A stretch of DNA of 64,000 nucleotides from Rhodospirillaceae bacterium (lineage in GTDB: Bacteria > Pseudomonadota > Alphaproteobacteria > Rhodospirillales > UBA2165), in the NCBI GenBank assembly GCA_038127535.1, contig JAYPHU010000014.1, positions 713-64,712 of the forward strand, read 5' to 3'. Of this stretch, positions 8,070-18,185 are shown one piece after another (the first letter of the stretch is position 1; each line of letters begins with the position of its first letter). A model generated the notes under the pieces. That model worked only from the letters and a program-made list of their open reading frames with translations. It searched no databases and was not told the DNA's origin. The translations under genes were made by a program, and so were the position numbers.

Positions 8070-9830
8070 ATGCAAGATGCCGTCGCGCTCAGTCCTGCAG
8101 AACAACCGCGAAACAATAGGGTTCGAAACCGGTTAAGAGCCGCTTTCAACCAAGAAAATGTGGCGACTATGGCGGTCGCCCTGGTCATTGCCGTTGCTGT
8201 CATTTTGCCGCTGATCGCTCTGGTGGTCAGCAGCTTTCTGGTCCTGGATGATCAAGGGTGGGATACCACCTGGGGGTTTGACAACTATGTGACGCTGTTT
8301 ACGGATCGCGTCATTCCAAAGGCATTTTTAAACACGCTCCTCATTTCCTCGGGATCGACTGTGGTGGCCACTGTATTGGGGGTGGCGCTTGCGTGGATCA
8401 ACGCCCGCACAAACTGCCCGGGGCGGGATTATTTAGAGCCCTATAATCTTATTCCGTTTTTCCTTAGCCCGTTCGTTGGTGCCATCGCCTGGCACAATTT
8501 GGCCGCGCCGAAAACCGGGCTATTGAATATTTGGGCCCGAGACTATTTGGGAGTTGAGGGGCATTTGCTCAATGTTGATACCCTTTGGGGTGTGATTTGG
8601 GTGACCGGAATATTCTTCACCCCACTGGTTTACCTATTTGTCGTCGGTTCTTTGCGGCGCATGGATCCGTCGCTGGAGGACAGCGCCCGGACGACCGGTG
8701 CGGGTCTCTTAAGAACGACGATGACGGTCACCCTGCCGCTGGTGATGCCGGGCATTTTGTCCGGCGCCATTATCGTGTTTGTGACAAGCGCCGGCGAGTT
8801 TGGCGTTCCGTTCAAATTGAGTGCGCCGTACGGCTGGGAAACATTGACGACACAGATTTTCTCCAAGGCTGTGGGCGACGATGCGAACCATTATCTGGGC
8901 GCGACCATGAGTATGGCGCTGGGTGTGATCACGGTATTCTTGATCTGGATTCAGCAACGCTATATTGCGCCGCGATCCTTCACCACCGTGACCGGCAAGG
9001 GCTTCCGACCGAATGTCCTGGATCTGGGCGGATGGAAGTGGGTCGCCTTCGGGTTCAACATTTCCTACATCCTGATCGCTGTTGTTTTGCCGATCCTCTG
9101 CCTGATTGTCGTTAGTCTGCATCCCGTTTGGACGGCAAAGATCGAATTCTCGCAGATGAGCTTTATCAACTATGAGAAGACGCTCTTCTTCTGGCAGCCC
9201 AACAGCATCAAGGCCGCCACGAACGGCATCTTTAACAGCTTTATTCTTGCCTTCATCGGGGCATCCCTCGCTATGGTCCTGGCCATTGTGATCAGCTACA
9301 TGATCCATCGAACCAAGAATTTTGGCGCAAGGCTGCTGGATTTCTTATCCGTGGTGCCGATCGGTTTTCCGGGCATCGTCCTCGCCATGGGTGTCTTGGT
9401 GACCTACATCCAGACACCGATCTATGCCACGCTCTGGATACTTTTGCTGGGTTATGTCACCCGGTTCTTCCCCTACGGCCAGCGGAATGTCTCCTCCATC
9501 ATGTTGGCGATCTCCGAAGAGTTGGATCAAAGCTCCAGGATGGCCGGTGCCACGTGGTTCACCACTTTGCGGCGGATCACAATCCCGCTTCTCAAGCCCG
9601 GCATTTTCGCCGGCTGGGTCCTGATGTTCATCATCTTTATGCGGGAGCTGTCGATTTCCATCATTTTGTACACTACCGGCACCGAGACATTGTCCGTCGG
9701 CGTGTACTACCTATCCAATTTTGAGAACGAGCCACTGACCGCGGCCCTTTCCATGGCCCAGACCGTGGTTCTACTTGCCTGTGTCTATCTTTTCCGCAAA
9801 GTCGCCGGAAAAGAGGCCTTAACCGCATAG
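8070..9830 (+). CDS. ABC permease with two fused TM domains (FbpB-like)
   Basis: 586 aa hydrophobic protein with two EAA-like loops (LEDSARTTGAG, LDQSSRMAGAT). Confidence 0.92.
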   Translation: MQDAVALSPAEQPRNNRVRNRLRAAFNQENVATMAVALVIAVAVILPLIALVVSSFLVLDDQGWDTTWGFDNYVTLFTDRVIPKAFLNTLLISSGSTVVATVLGVALAWINARTNCPGRDYLEPYNLIPFFLSPFVGAIAWHNLAAPKTGLLNIWARDYLGVEGHLLNVDTLWGVIWVTGIFFTPLVYLFVVGSLRRMDPSLEDSARTTGAGLLRTTMTVTLPLVMPGILSGAIIVFVTSAGEFGVPFKLSAPYGWETLTTQIFSKAVGDDANHYLGATMSMALGVITVFLIWIQQRYIAPRSFTTVTGKGFRPNVLDLGGWKWVAFGFNISYILIAVVLPILCLIVVSLHPVWTAKIEFSQMSFINYEKTLFFWQPNSIKAATNGIFNSFILAFIGASLAMVLAIVISYMIHRTKNFGARLLDFLSVVPIGFPGIVLAMGVLVTYIQTPIYATLWILLLGYVTRFFPYGQRNVSSIMLAISEELDQSSRMAGATWFTTLRRITIPLLKPGIFAGWVLMFIIFMRELSISIILYTTGTETLSVGVYYLSNFENEPLTAALSMAQTVVLLACVYLFRKVAGKEALTA

Positions 9831-9840
9831 AGCGTCTCTC

Positions 9841-10956
9841 ATGGATAATCAAAACCAGAACTCCGACGAGAACTACCTCGAAGTCTCCAACCTGATTAAG
9901 TGGTTCGGTGATGACCGGGCTGTCGACAATGTCTCTTTTTCCATTCCCAAGGGCCATTTTCTGACCCTTTTGGGGCCGTCCGGCTGCGGTAAGACCACAA
10001 CACTGATGAGCATTGCCGGTCTCCACTCCATCGACAGCGGGACGATCCGGGTGGGTGACACGATCTATACCTCGCCAAACGAAGGGTTGTTTCTGGCGCC
10101 GGAAAAGCGGGATATCGGCATGGTTTTCCAGAGCTACGCCATTTGGCCGCATATGTCGGTGGCGCAGAACGTCGCCTATCCGCTGGAAATTCAGAAACTT
10201 CCCCAGGACGAGATCGATGACCGGGTCGCCGATGTTTTGGCGTTGGTCGGGCTCACCGACATGGCGGATAAGATGGCGACCCAATTGTCGGGCGGACAGC
10301 AGCAACGGGCATCCTTGGCCCGAGCGATCGTCGGTCAACCCAAGTTGCTGCTTTTCGATGAACCGCTCTCAAACCTCGACCTCAAATTGCGGGAACAGAT
10401 GAGGGTAGAGCTCAAACGCATCCAGAATGATGTGGGCATTACCTCGATTTACGTCACCCACGACCAGGCGGAAGCGCTGGTGATGAGCGATGACATCATC
10501 GTAATGAGTAAGGGCAAAATCGAACAAATGGGCGGCCCGCTTGAAATCTACAGCACCCCCGTGAACCGATATGTGTCCAACTTCATCGGCGTCGCCAATC
10601 TCCTCAACGGTAAGGTCGCGGAAACGGGATCAGACGGAGTGGGGCAGATCGAAGTCGATGTACCGGGCAATCCCATAAAAATCGGCTGCCGGTTTGCGGA
10701 CAATTTCTCTACCGGCGAGGAGGTTGTACTCTCCGTGCGGCCGGAGAATATCCATCCTCTACGCGAGAAGAATAGTGAGGACGTGCTTGAAGGTACCATT
10801 ACCTCGGCGACATTCCTCGGCAATTATGTGGATTGCCGGGTGGACTGGCGGGGATTTGAGTGGAAGGTCATTTCCCACCCCCGGATGGGGCTCAAAGAGG
10901 GCGAGCCCATTTACTTGAAATTCGACACCAACCAAATTCTAGCTGTGAAGCCATGA
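9841..10956 (+). CDS. ABC ATP-binding protein (FbpC/PotA-like), copy 1
   Basis: GPSGCGKTT, LSGGQQQR, LLLFDEP, C-terminal TOBE-like region. Confidence 0.95.
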   Translation: MDNQNQNSDENYLEVSNLIKWFGDDRAVDNVSFSIPKGHFLTLLGPSGCGKTTTLMSIAGLHSIDSGTIRVGDTIYTSPNEGLFLAPEKRDIGMVFQSYAIWPHMSVAQNVAYPLEIQKLPQDEIDDRVADVLALVGLTDMADKMATQLSGGQQQRASLARAIVGQPKLLLFDEPLSNLDLKLREQMRVELKRIQNDVGITSIYVTHDQAEALVMSDDIIVMSKGKIEQMGGPLEIYSTPVNRYVSNFIGVANLLNGKVAETGSDGVGQIEVDVPGNPIKIGCRFADNFSTGEEVVLSVRPENIHPLREKNSEDVLEGTITSATFLGNYVDCRVDWRGFEWKVISHPRMGLKEGEPIYLKFDTNQILAVKP

Positions 10957-12068
10957 CCCAGAATTCCGACTTCTCCATGGTCGATATCGACCATCTCGTA
11001 AAACGCTTTGGTCCGGAGACGGCGGTCGACGATTTCAACATCTCGATCAAGGAAGGGGAGTTCGTCACCCTATTGGGTCCTTCGGGGTGCGGCAAAACCA
11101 CGACACTAAGGTGCATCATTGGCTTGGAACGGCCGGATCAGGGTGAAATTCGTGTGGCCGGCACGCCGGTCGTGTCAGCGGAGAAAAATATCTATCTCTA
11201 TCCTGAGGATCGGGATCTCGGCATGGTGTTTCAAAGTTATGCCGTTTGGCCCCATATGACGGTTTTTGACAATGTCGCCTATGGTCTGAAAATTCGCAAA
11301 GTCTCCGGCGCAGAGTTGAAAAGCAAAACCATGCGGGCGCTTGAGCTCGTCGATTTGGCGCATCTGGCGGACCGGTATGCAACGAAGCTATCGGGCGGAC
11401 AGCGGCAGCGGGTCGCTTTGGCGCGGGCCATTGTCTACGAACCCAAGGTGATCCTGTTTGACGAGCCGCTCTCCAACCTGGACGCAAAGCTTCGGGAGCA
11501 AATGCGCGACGAGATCGTTCGCCTGCAGAAAGAGGTCGGCATTACCTCCGTCTATGTCACTCATGATCAGTCCGAAGCCTTGGTGATGAGCGACCGTATC
11601 GTGGTGATGGATAAAGCCGTCATTCAACAAATCGGCGATCCGGCGACGATTTATTCAAATCCCGCCAACTCGTTTGTTGCGAATTTCATCGGCGTAACCA
11701 GCCTGCTGGAAGGCTCGCTTCTTGGCCGGTCCGGTGATTTATGTGAGATGGAAATTTTCGGCGCCGAGTCAAAATTGGTGGTGAAGGCCGTCGGCGGCGA
11801 GGGTGCTTTGCCCGGCGATAAACTGTTTTTGAGCCTTCGGCCCGAGGATGTCACGTTGCATATTTCAAAACCCGCGGACCTGAACGGCCACAATGTCGTT
11901 GAAGGCCAGGTGATCGATACGATTTATCTCGGCAACTTCATGGAGGGCCGCATCAAGGTGGGGTCCAATGAAATCGGAATCCAGATCAATCACTATGAAA
12001 GCCTGGAGCCCGGCCAGTCGGTCTATCTTTCCTTCGCACCCGATCACGGGCTTTGCCTGACCAGTTAG
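10953..12068 (+). CDS. ABC ATP-binding protein (FbpC/PotA-like), copy 2
   Basis: GPSGCGKTT, LSGGQRQR, ILFDEP. ATG 10953 overlaps the stop of copy 1 (ATGA). Confidence 0.95.
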   Translation: MTQNSDFSMVDIDHLVKRFGPETAVDDFNISIKEGEFVTLLGPSGCGKTTTLRCIIGLERPDQGEIRVAGTPVVSAEKNIYLYPEDRDLGMVFQSYAVWPHMTVFDNVAYGLKIRKVSGAELKSKTMRALELVDLAHLADRYATKLSGGQRQRVALARAIVYEPKVILFDEPLSNLDAKLREQMRDEIVRLQKEVGITSVYVTHDQSEALVMSDRIVVMDKAVIQQIGDPATIYSNPANSFVANFIGVTSLLEGSLLGRSGDLCEMEIFGAESKLVVKAVGGEGALPGDKLFLSLRPEDVTLHISKPADLNGHNVVEGQVIDTIYLGNFMEGRIKVGSNEIGIQINHYESLEPGQSVYLSFAPDHGLCLTS

Positions 12069-12145
12069 GGTTTCGCGTGCCGGACTGGCCTTTGGCGGAT
12101 CGGACTACAGGAAACTTATAACAACAAACATACGGGGAGAGCAGC

Positions 12146-13183
12146 TTGATCAATCTAGCGGTTGTCGGACTCGGCGTCTGGGGACAGCGCCATGTCAGGT
12201 CGGCGAGAGCCTCGAGTAGGTTCGACATCAACGTGGCCGTGGATCCTTCCCCGGCGGCGGCTGAGGTCGCTGGAAACCTGGGTCTTGAGCTTCGGGCCTC
12301 CCTGAACCAGGCGCTAGAAGATCCGAAAATAGATGCCATCGCGCTTGCCACACCGCACTCCCAACACACTCAGCAGATCATCGAGGCGGCGGCAGCCGGA
12401 ACGCCTGTTTACACGGAGAAGCCGTTTGCTCTGAACGCGGCTGATGCACGCGCCGCCGTCGATGCGGCCAAGAAAGCGGGTATTCCGCTGGCGCTTGGCC
12501 ATGATCAGCGGAACTATCCTTCGATTCAACGCCTGTCAGAAATCATCAACGATGGTGCGCTGGGCACGATCTCCCATTTGGATACGACGTTGATCCATGA
12601 CTCGCTGCTTCGCCCCTATCAGGATTTGATGGCCGACGAGAACACGAACTATGCCCGCAGATGGCGTCTTGAACAGGACGAAGCGCCGGCCGGCCCGATC
12701 TCACAGTTCGGCATTCACAGAATTGATACGATGATCCAGTTGATGGGACCGATCGACTGGGTGATTGCCTCGCCGTCGTCAACCGCGATTGACCCCGACT
12801 TGATCGACACGGTGAGCATCACGGTCCAGTTCGCCGGCGGCCAATTGGGGCATTTGTCCAACTCAATCGCCTCTCCCCTCTATTCCCGGCTACAGATTTT
12901 CGGCACCAGTGGTTGGGCTGAATCCCGGGGCCCGGAGACGTTTGAAGATTACCGGGAATGCTCGCTTGTGGACCTGCACGTCCTTAAGGATGGAGAACGC
13001 ACTTTTGAGGCGTTTCCGATCATAGATTCGGTGGCGGCAAACTTTGCCAGCTTTGCCGACGCGATTGAGGGCAAAGCGGACTTCATCATTCCCATGGAAG
13101 ATATGATTCACGTGATCGAAGTCGTGGACGCTATCCGCGAGTCCATTGCCGGCGGCCAAAGGGTCTTGATAAAACGGGATTAG
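12146..13183 (+). CDS. Gfo/Idh/MocA family oxidoreductase
   Basis: VVGLGVWG, TPHSQH, TEKPFA, FGIHRID. Confidence 0.9.
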   Translation: MINLAVVGLGVWGQRHVRSARASSRFDINVAVDPSPAAAEVAGNLGLELRASLNQALEDPKIDAIALATPHSQHTQQIIEAAAAGTPVYTEKPFALNAADARAAVDAAKKAGIPLALGHDQRNYPSIQRLSEIINDGALGTISHLDTTLIHDSLLRPYQDLMADENTNYARRWRLEQDEAPAGPISQFGIHRIDTMIQLMGPIDWVIASPSSTAIDPDLIDTVSITVQFAGGQLGHLSNSIASPLYSRLQIFGTSGWAESRGPETFEDYRECSLVDLHVLKDGERTFEAFPIIDSVAANFASFADAIEGKADFIIPMEDMIHVIEVVDAIRESIAGGQRVLIKRD

Positions 13184-14166
13184 GCCTGCACAGGGTCAGC
13201 GGGAGTATCGGGTGTCTTATGCCATCCATCTAGACCGACGCCTTCCAAATGCCCGAACGCTTGTTTGAGACGCTGGACATCGGCGGCGGCAAGCGGCGGT
13301 TTTAGGATCGAATTGAGATTGGTTTGCAGGTGGTCCAAATCACCGGTGCCGAAGAGCACGACATCGGCGCCGGGTTCATGGCGAACATAGCGGTAGCAGG
13401 CATCGATTACGCTGCTGGCGCCTTCTTCATGCATTAGAAAGCCCAGAGGATCGCTTCTGTCTACAGTGGACGGGTCGAGCCTTCCCTGCGCGATCAAGGC
13501 ATCGATTTCCGTCTGCAGCCGTCCCGGGGCGCTGAACAAGGTCCGGACGGCGAACATGATCTGCGTGCCGATGCCCAGTTTTTGCGTCATCGGAAAAACA
13601 ACCTTCTCGGCATTCTGATTGAGGAGTGAATAGGCCACCATAACCACGTCCAAAAAGTCATCCTCAAAGGCCCGTTGCAGCGCTTCGTGCCGATGATGAA
13701 TTTGTGAGTATTCGCTGGCAGCGAAGAAACGGAACTTTCCCTTTGCCCGCTCTTTTTCAAGGGCTGGCAAGATTTCGTCCTGAACCCGGTCATAGCAGTG
13801 CAGGCTAAAGGCGTGAATGTGGTAAATGTCGATATAGTCCGTGCCGAGCTGCCTCAGAGAATTATCGAGCCCCTCCAGGATTTCCTTGGTCGAATATGTC
13901 CGTCCCTCCCACTCTGCATAATGCTTTGTGGAAAGAACGAGCTCGTCCCGGGGCATTCCCTTGATCGCCTGCCCCACGATGCCCTCGGTGCCATAGGCCG
14001 GAGCCGTGTCGATCAGATTGACGCCTAACTCCATCGCCCGATGGATGATGCCGATAGACTCCTCCTCGGATTTTCCAGCCGCCTGTCCCAGCTTCGAAAA
14101 CCCGCCGCAGCCTAGGCCGGCGACGCCAACCTTCAACCCGGTTCTGCCGAGCGTTTTGTATTCCAT
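13180..14166 (-). CDS. Aldo/keto reductase
   Basis: LGRTGLKV, GLGCGG, IDTAPAYG, LSTK, LGTDYIDIYHIH. Confidence 0.92.
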   Translation of the reverse strand: MEYKTLGRTGLKVGVAGLGCGGFSKLGQAAGKSEEESIGIIHRAMELGVNLIDTAPAYGTEGIVGQAIKGMPRDELVLSTKHYAEWEGRTYSTKEILEGLDNSLRQLGTDYIDIYHIHAFSLHCYDRVQDEILPALEKERAKGKFRFFAASEYSQIHHRHEALQRAFEDDFLDVVMVAYSLLNQNAEKVVFPMTQKLGIGTQIMFAVRTLFSAPGRLQTEIDALIAQGRLDPSTVDRSDPLGFLMHEEGASSVIDACYRYVRHEPGADVVLFGTGDLDHLQTNLNSILKPPLAAADVQRLKQAFGHLEGVGLDGWHKTPDTPADPVQA

Positions 14167-14189
14167 GAGCCTTTATATTCAGATGCGTT

Positions 14190-14582
14190 TTAACCGGCAG
14201 GCGTTCCCGCGATGCCGGCGCGCAAGTCCTTACAAGTGAAGAACTTACAATCCGCTTCCTCTGAAACGGTGACCGAATGGGTCACATTCGCCGGAAAATA
14301 AATCAGGCTCCCGGGGCCGGCGGTGGAGTGTAGGCCGTCGACCGTGACGTCAAGCTGGCCTTGCAGGATATAAACCCACTGTTCATTAGGGTGAAAATGC
14401 GGGGCCGATGTCTTCCCGGCGGGAAGCGTCATGAGACCGACTTGCGTTAGTTCCCCTTCAACGACCGGGCCAAATGTTTCCGCATAACCGGGGCCGGCGT
14501 CTACGCCCTGTAATTGTTCAAAATCAAAAATGTACTCGTTCGATCCGGCCTTGTACGCGCCGTCTGTCTTGGTTTCAGTCAT
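14190..14582 (-). CDS. Cupin domain protein
   Basis: PHFHPNEQWVYILQG...YFPANVTH cupin motifs. The likely start is ATG 14582. Confidence 0.85.
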   Translation of the reverse strand: MTETKTDGAYKAGSNEYIFDFEQLQGVDAGPGYAETFGPVVEGELTQVGLMTLPAGKTSAPHFHPNEQWVYILQGQLDVTVDGLHSTAGPGSLIYFPANVTHSVTVSEEADCKFFTCKDLRAGIAGTPAG

Positions 14583-14790
14583 TGAATATCGTCCATCTCT
14601 CGATTGGTGGAATGCTATCTGAAGATTAGAGTTTATCAAATAAATCGCCCTCCGGCCATCTGCGGCATTTATGGCAAGCTATGGTGATCAGCCCCCCTCC
14701 CGACATTCCTCCAGGATTCGGCCTTGCCTTCCCTGACCTGAACCCGCCTAATTGGTCCACGCAACATCGTTAAAAGGGAGGCGCTATCTC

Positions 14791-15573
14791 ATGCAATTGC
14801 CGTCAAAAATCGTCGATATTTCCATGCCGCTGGACAACGACACCGTGGTCGATCCGGATATCATGCGGCCGCAAATCCGCTATGTGAAACACGAAGAAAA
14901 TGCCGAAGCCATGGCCGGCTTCTTTGAGGGCATGAAACCGGAGGACCTGCCTGACGGCCAGGGCTGGGCCTGGGAGATAATCACGCTGACCACCCACAAC
15001 GGCACCCATATGGATGCGCCGTGGCACTATCATTCCCACGACAAAGACGGCAACCCGATGCAGACCATCGACGAGATGCCGCTGGATTGGTTCTTTCGCC
15101 CCGGCGTGAAGCTGGATTTTCGCAACAAGCCGGACGGGTATGTGATCGAGCCGGAGGATATCGAAGAAGAGCTGAAGCGCATCGATTATGAGCTGAAACC
15201 TCTGGATATCGTGCTGTTCAACACCAAGGCCAGCGAATACTATGGCAAGGACGGCTACCTCACCCACGGTGTCGGCATCGGCAAGGAAGCCACCCTCTAT
15301 ATGACCGCGGATCACGGCATCCGGGTCACCGGCATTGACGCCTGGGGCTGGGACGCGCCGTTCCTGCTGGCCAAGGACCAATACGCCAAGGACCATGATG
15401 CGATGAAGGTCTGGCAGGGTCACTGGGCGGGGATCGAGCAGCCCTATTGCCACATGGAGAAGCTGTTGAACCTGGAGCAACTGCCGCCCCATGGTTTCAT
15501 GGTGAACTGTTTCCCGTGGAAGATTAAGGGTGCGTCCGGCGGCTATGTCCGCGCGGTGGCGATGTTCGATTAG
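14791..15573 (+). CDS. Cyclase family metal-dependent hydrolase (kynurenine formamidase/isatin hydrolase-like)
   Basis: HNGTHMDAPWH (HxGTHxDxPxH), MEKLLNL, KIKGASGG. GGGAGG RBS before ATG 14791. Confidence 0.9.
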   Translation: MQLPSKIVDISMPLDNDTVVDPDIMRPQIRYVKHEENAEAMAGFFEGMKPEDLPDGQGWAWEIITLTTHNGTHMDAPWHYHSHDKDGNPMQTIDEMPLDWFFRPGVKLDFRNKPDGYVIEPEDIEEELKRIDYELKPLDIVLFNTKASEYYGKDGYLTHGVGIGKEATLYMTADHGIRVTGIDAWGWDAPFLLAKDQYAKDHDAMKVWQGHWAGIEQPYCHMEKLLNLEQLPPHGFMVNCFPWKIKGASGGYVRAVAMFD

Positions 15574-15593
15574 CCGGAGAGGCTAGCCGCCAG

Positions 15594-16850
15594 TTAGACC
15601 TTGCTGATACCCAGGACGTTCCACTGGGTCTTCTTGTCGGTCGCGCCCACCAGCACCCGGCCACAATCCTCCAGGATTTGATCGGCCAGGAAAATATGCT
15701 GGGTGCCTGAGTGGATGTCCCGGTAGCAGCGCTGCAGGATCGAATCTCGAAGCGAGATGCCGCGAGATGCCTTATGGACGAAGGTGGCGATTTCCGACAC
15801 CACGTCATGGATGTGCCGCATGGCGAGGCGGATGACCGTGATCTGACGGATGCTGGCGCGCTTGTTGCGCGCGTAGGTATCGGAAACATCCTCCCAGGCC
15901 TCGTAGATCCAGGCGCGGGCGGCAAGGTAATTGGCTTGGGCCTCGGCGAATTCCTTCAGAAATCCGGCGCCGTCTTGCATCTTGCCGAACGCGTCTGCCC
16001 GGCTGCTGGCAATCATCGTGATTTCATCCAGGACCCGACGGCCGACGCCCAGGGCCCAGGCCGTGTGCCCCCAGGTGGTGTTCACCGGCAGCCCGTCCGC
16101 ATACATGATCCCGCCCCGGTACTGGGTCGGGTGATCGAACGGATAGCAGTATTCCTCACCGACGAAGAGTTCCTTTGTCTTGGTCGTATAGTCAAAACTG
16201 CCGGTGCCGCGGAGACCTAAGGTCTTCCAGTTCCCAGTCAGCTTGATCGTGTCTCTGGCATGATGAGCGAGGATGACTTGCGGCCGGCCTTTCTCATCCA
16301 AACGCATGGACTTGCCGTCATCGGAAATAAAGCAGCCGGTGTGAATCCATTCGGCATGGTGAATGGTGCTGCCGTAGCCCCACTTACCTTTGATCATATA
16401 GCCGCCCTTCACCGGCCGGGCGAAGCCCCGCGGCACCCCGTGCCCGGCGACGAGGGTATCCCGCCCCTTGGGGTAGACTTTGCGAACGCCTTTTTCCGGC
16501 ATGAAGGGGCCGGCTGAGGAGCCTTGCACCCCGTGCACCATCAGGCACCAGCCGGCGGAGGCATCAGCGTGGCTGACCATCTCGGCGATTTCCAGGCCTT
16601 CGATGTAAGAGATTTCAGAGCCGCCCAGCGCTCTCGGCACCATCATGGCGGAGAGGCCGGTGCGGCGCAGCTCCGCCATCAGCTTATCCGTCATGTGATG
16701 ACGTTTTTCAGACTCGTCTGCCTACGCCTCCACCAGGGGCAGAAGGTCCTTGGCCGACTTCAGAAGCTGGCGATAGGTGGGCGGGCGGCGTGTTGGTTTC
16801 GGCTTCGACTTTGTTCTGGCTTTAGCCTTGGTGGCCGCGCGCTTGGCCAT
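15594..16850 (-). pseudogene. Acyl-CoA-dehydrogenase-fold flavin monooxygenase (HsaA/IacA-like) interrupted by an in-frame TAG
   Basis: PRALGGSE, HADASAGW, KWGYGSTIHHAEW, GLRGTGSFD, RCYRDIHSGTQH. The frame is continuous from ATG 16850 (RBS GGGGA) except for TAG at 16724-16722. Confidence 0.75.
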
Positions 16851-16859
16851 GGGAGTCCC

Positions 16860-18185
16860 CTACTCCGCCGCCAGCAAATGGGGCAAGATCAGGGTGATTG
16901 ACGGGAAACCAATAATGAAGGCGACCCGGATCGCATCCGACATGAAGAAGGGAATGACGCCCTTGAAGGTCTCGATCATCGGTACGTCCTTGGCCAACGA
17001 ACTGATGACGAACACATTGAGCCCCACCGGCGGCGTGATCAGACCAACCTCCACCACAATCAGGGAGATGATGCCGAACCAAAGCTTCACATCGTCGACC
17101 GGCATGCCGAAATCCAACCCGGCAATGATCGGCCAGAAGATCGGCACGGTCAGCAGGATCATGGACAGCGAGTCCATGACAAAGCCAAGCAGGATGTAAA
17201 GCACAACCATCATCAACACGACGACAATCGGCGCCCAGCCGGATTCCGCGAAGTAGTTGGCCATTTGGATGGGCAGTTCGGTGAAGCCCAGGAAGGCGTT
17301 GAAAATCCCCGCACCCAGAATGATCAGGAAGATCAAGCCGGTGGTCTCCGCCGTGCCGAGGAGGGATTCCTTGATGCCTTGCCAGCGCATGCCGCCGCGG
17401 GTGATGGCGATCAGGAACGTGCCGACGCAACCGATGCCGGCGCCTTCGGTCGGCGTAAAGATGCCGGTATAGATACCGCCCATGACCAGCAGGAAAATCA
17501 GCAGCACCGCCCAGATATCAAACAGAGCCTTCCACTTTTCCTTGGTGGAGGCCCGGGGCGCGGCGGGGCCCGATTCCGGATTAATCCGCACCACGATGGC
17601 GATCGTGGCGACATAGCCGAGCGCGGCCAGAATGCCGGGGATAAAAGCCGCCTGGAACAATGTGGCGATATTGGCTTCCACCATAATCGCGTAGATGATC
17701 AGAATGAGGGACGGCGGGATCAGAATGCCCAGCGTGCCGCCGGCCGCCAATGCGCCGGTGGCCAGAGAGCCCGAATAGTTGAACCGTTTCAATTCCGGCA
17801 GCGCCGCCTGACCCATGATGGCTGCGGTCGCCAGGGATGAGCCGCTGATGGCGCCAAAGCCCGCGCAACCTCCGACGGCGGCCATGGCGACCCCGCCCCG
17901 ATAGTGGCCGAGCCACGTATGCGCGGCCGTAAACAGGGCCTGACTGAGACCGGCCTTGGCGGCGAACTGGCCCATCAGGATAAATAGTGGCGCCACTGAC
18001 AGGTCAAACGTGGTGAACTTCCAGTAGACCTCTGTCTTGAGGTGGCTCAACAGGGCCGCAGAGCCGGCGATCTGAATATAGCCGACCATACCGACGGCCA
18101 GCATGGCCACGCCGATGGGAACCCTGATGGCCAGCAAGAACAACAGGACGGCGAATCCGATGATTCCGAGTTCTAAACCGCTCAT
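16860..18185 (-). CDS. dctM: TRAP transporter large permease
   Basis: PLFILMG, GAISGSS, GGTLGILIPPS, TPTEGAG, ITPPVGLN. Confidence 0.95.
   Translation of the reverse strand: MSGLELGIIGFAVLLFLLAIRVPIGVAMLAVGMVGYIQIAGSAALLSHLKTEVYWKFTTFDLSVAPLFILMGQFAAKAGLSQALFTAAHTWLGHYRGGVAMAAVGGCAGFGAISGSSLATAAIMGQAALPELKRFNYSGSLATGALAAGGTLGILIPPSLILIIYAIMVEANIATLFQAAFIPGILAALGYVATIAIVVRINPESGPAAPRASTKEKWKALFDIWAVLLIFLLVMGGIYTGIFTPTEGAGIGCVGTFLIAITRGGMRWQGIKESLLGTAETTGLIFLIILGAGIFNAFLGFTELPIQMANYFAESGWAPIVVVLMMVVLYILLGFVMDSLSMILLTVPIFWPIIAGLDFGMPVDDVKLWFGIISLIVVEVGLITPPVGLNVFVISSLAKDVPMIETFKGVIPFFMSDAIRVAFIIGFPSITLILPHLLAAE

Noticed and set aside
16722-16724. Pyrrolysine decoding as the explanation of the amber codon
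   Set aside because: No pyl genes or tRNA are in the window, the codon is far from the active site, and a GAG-to-TAG change is simpler.
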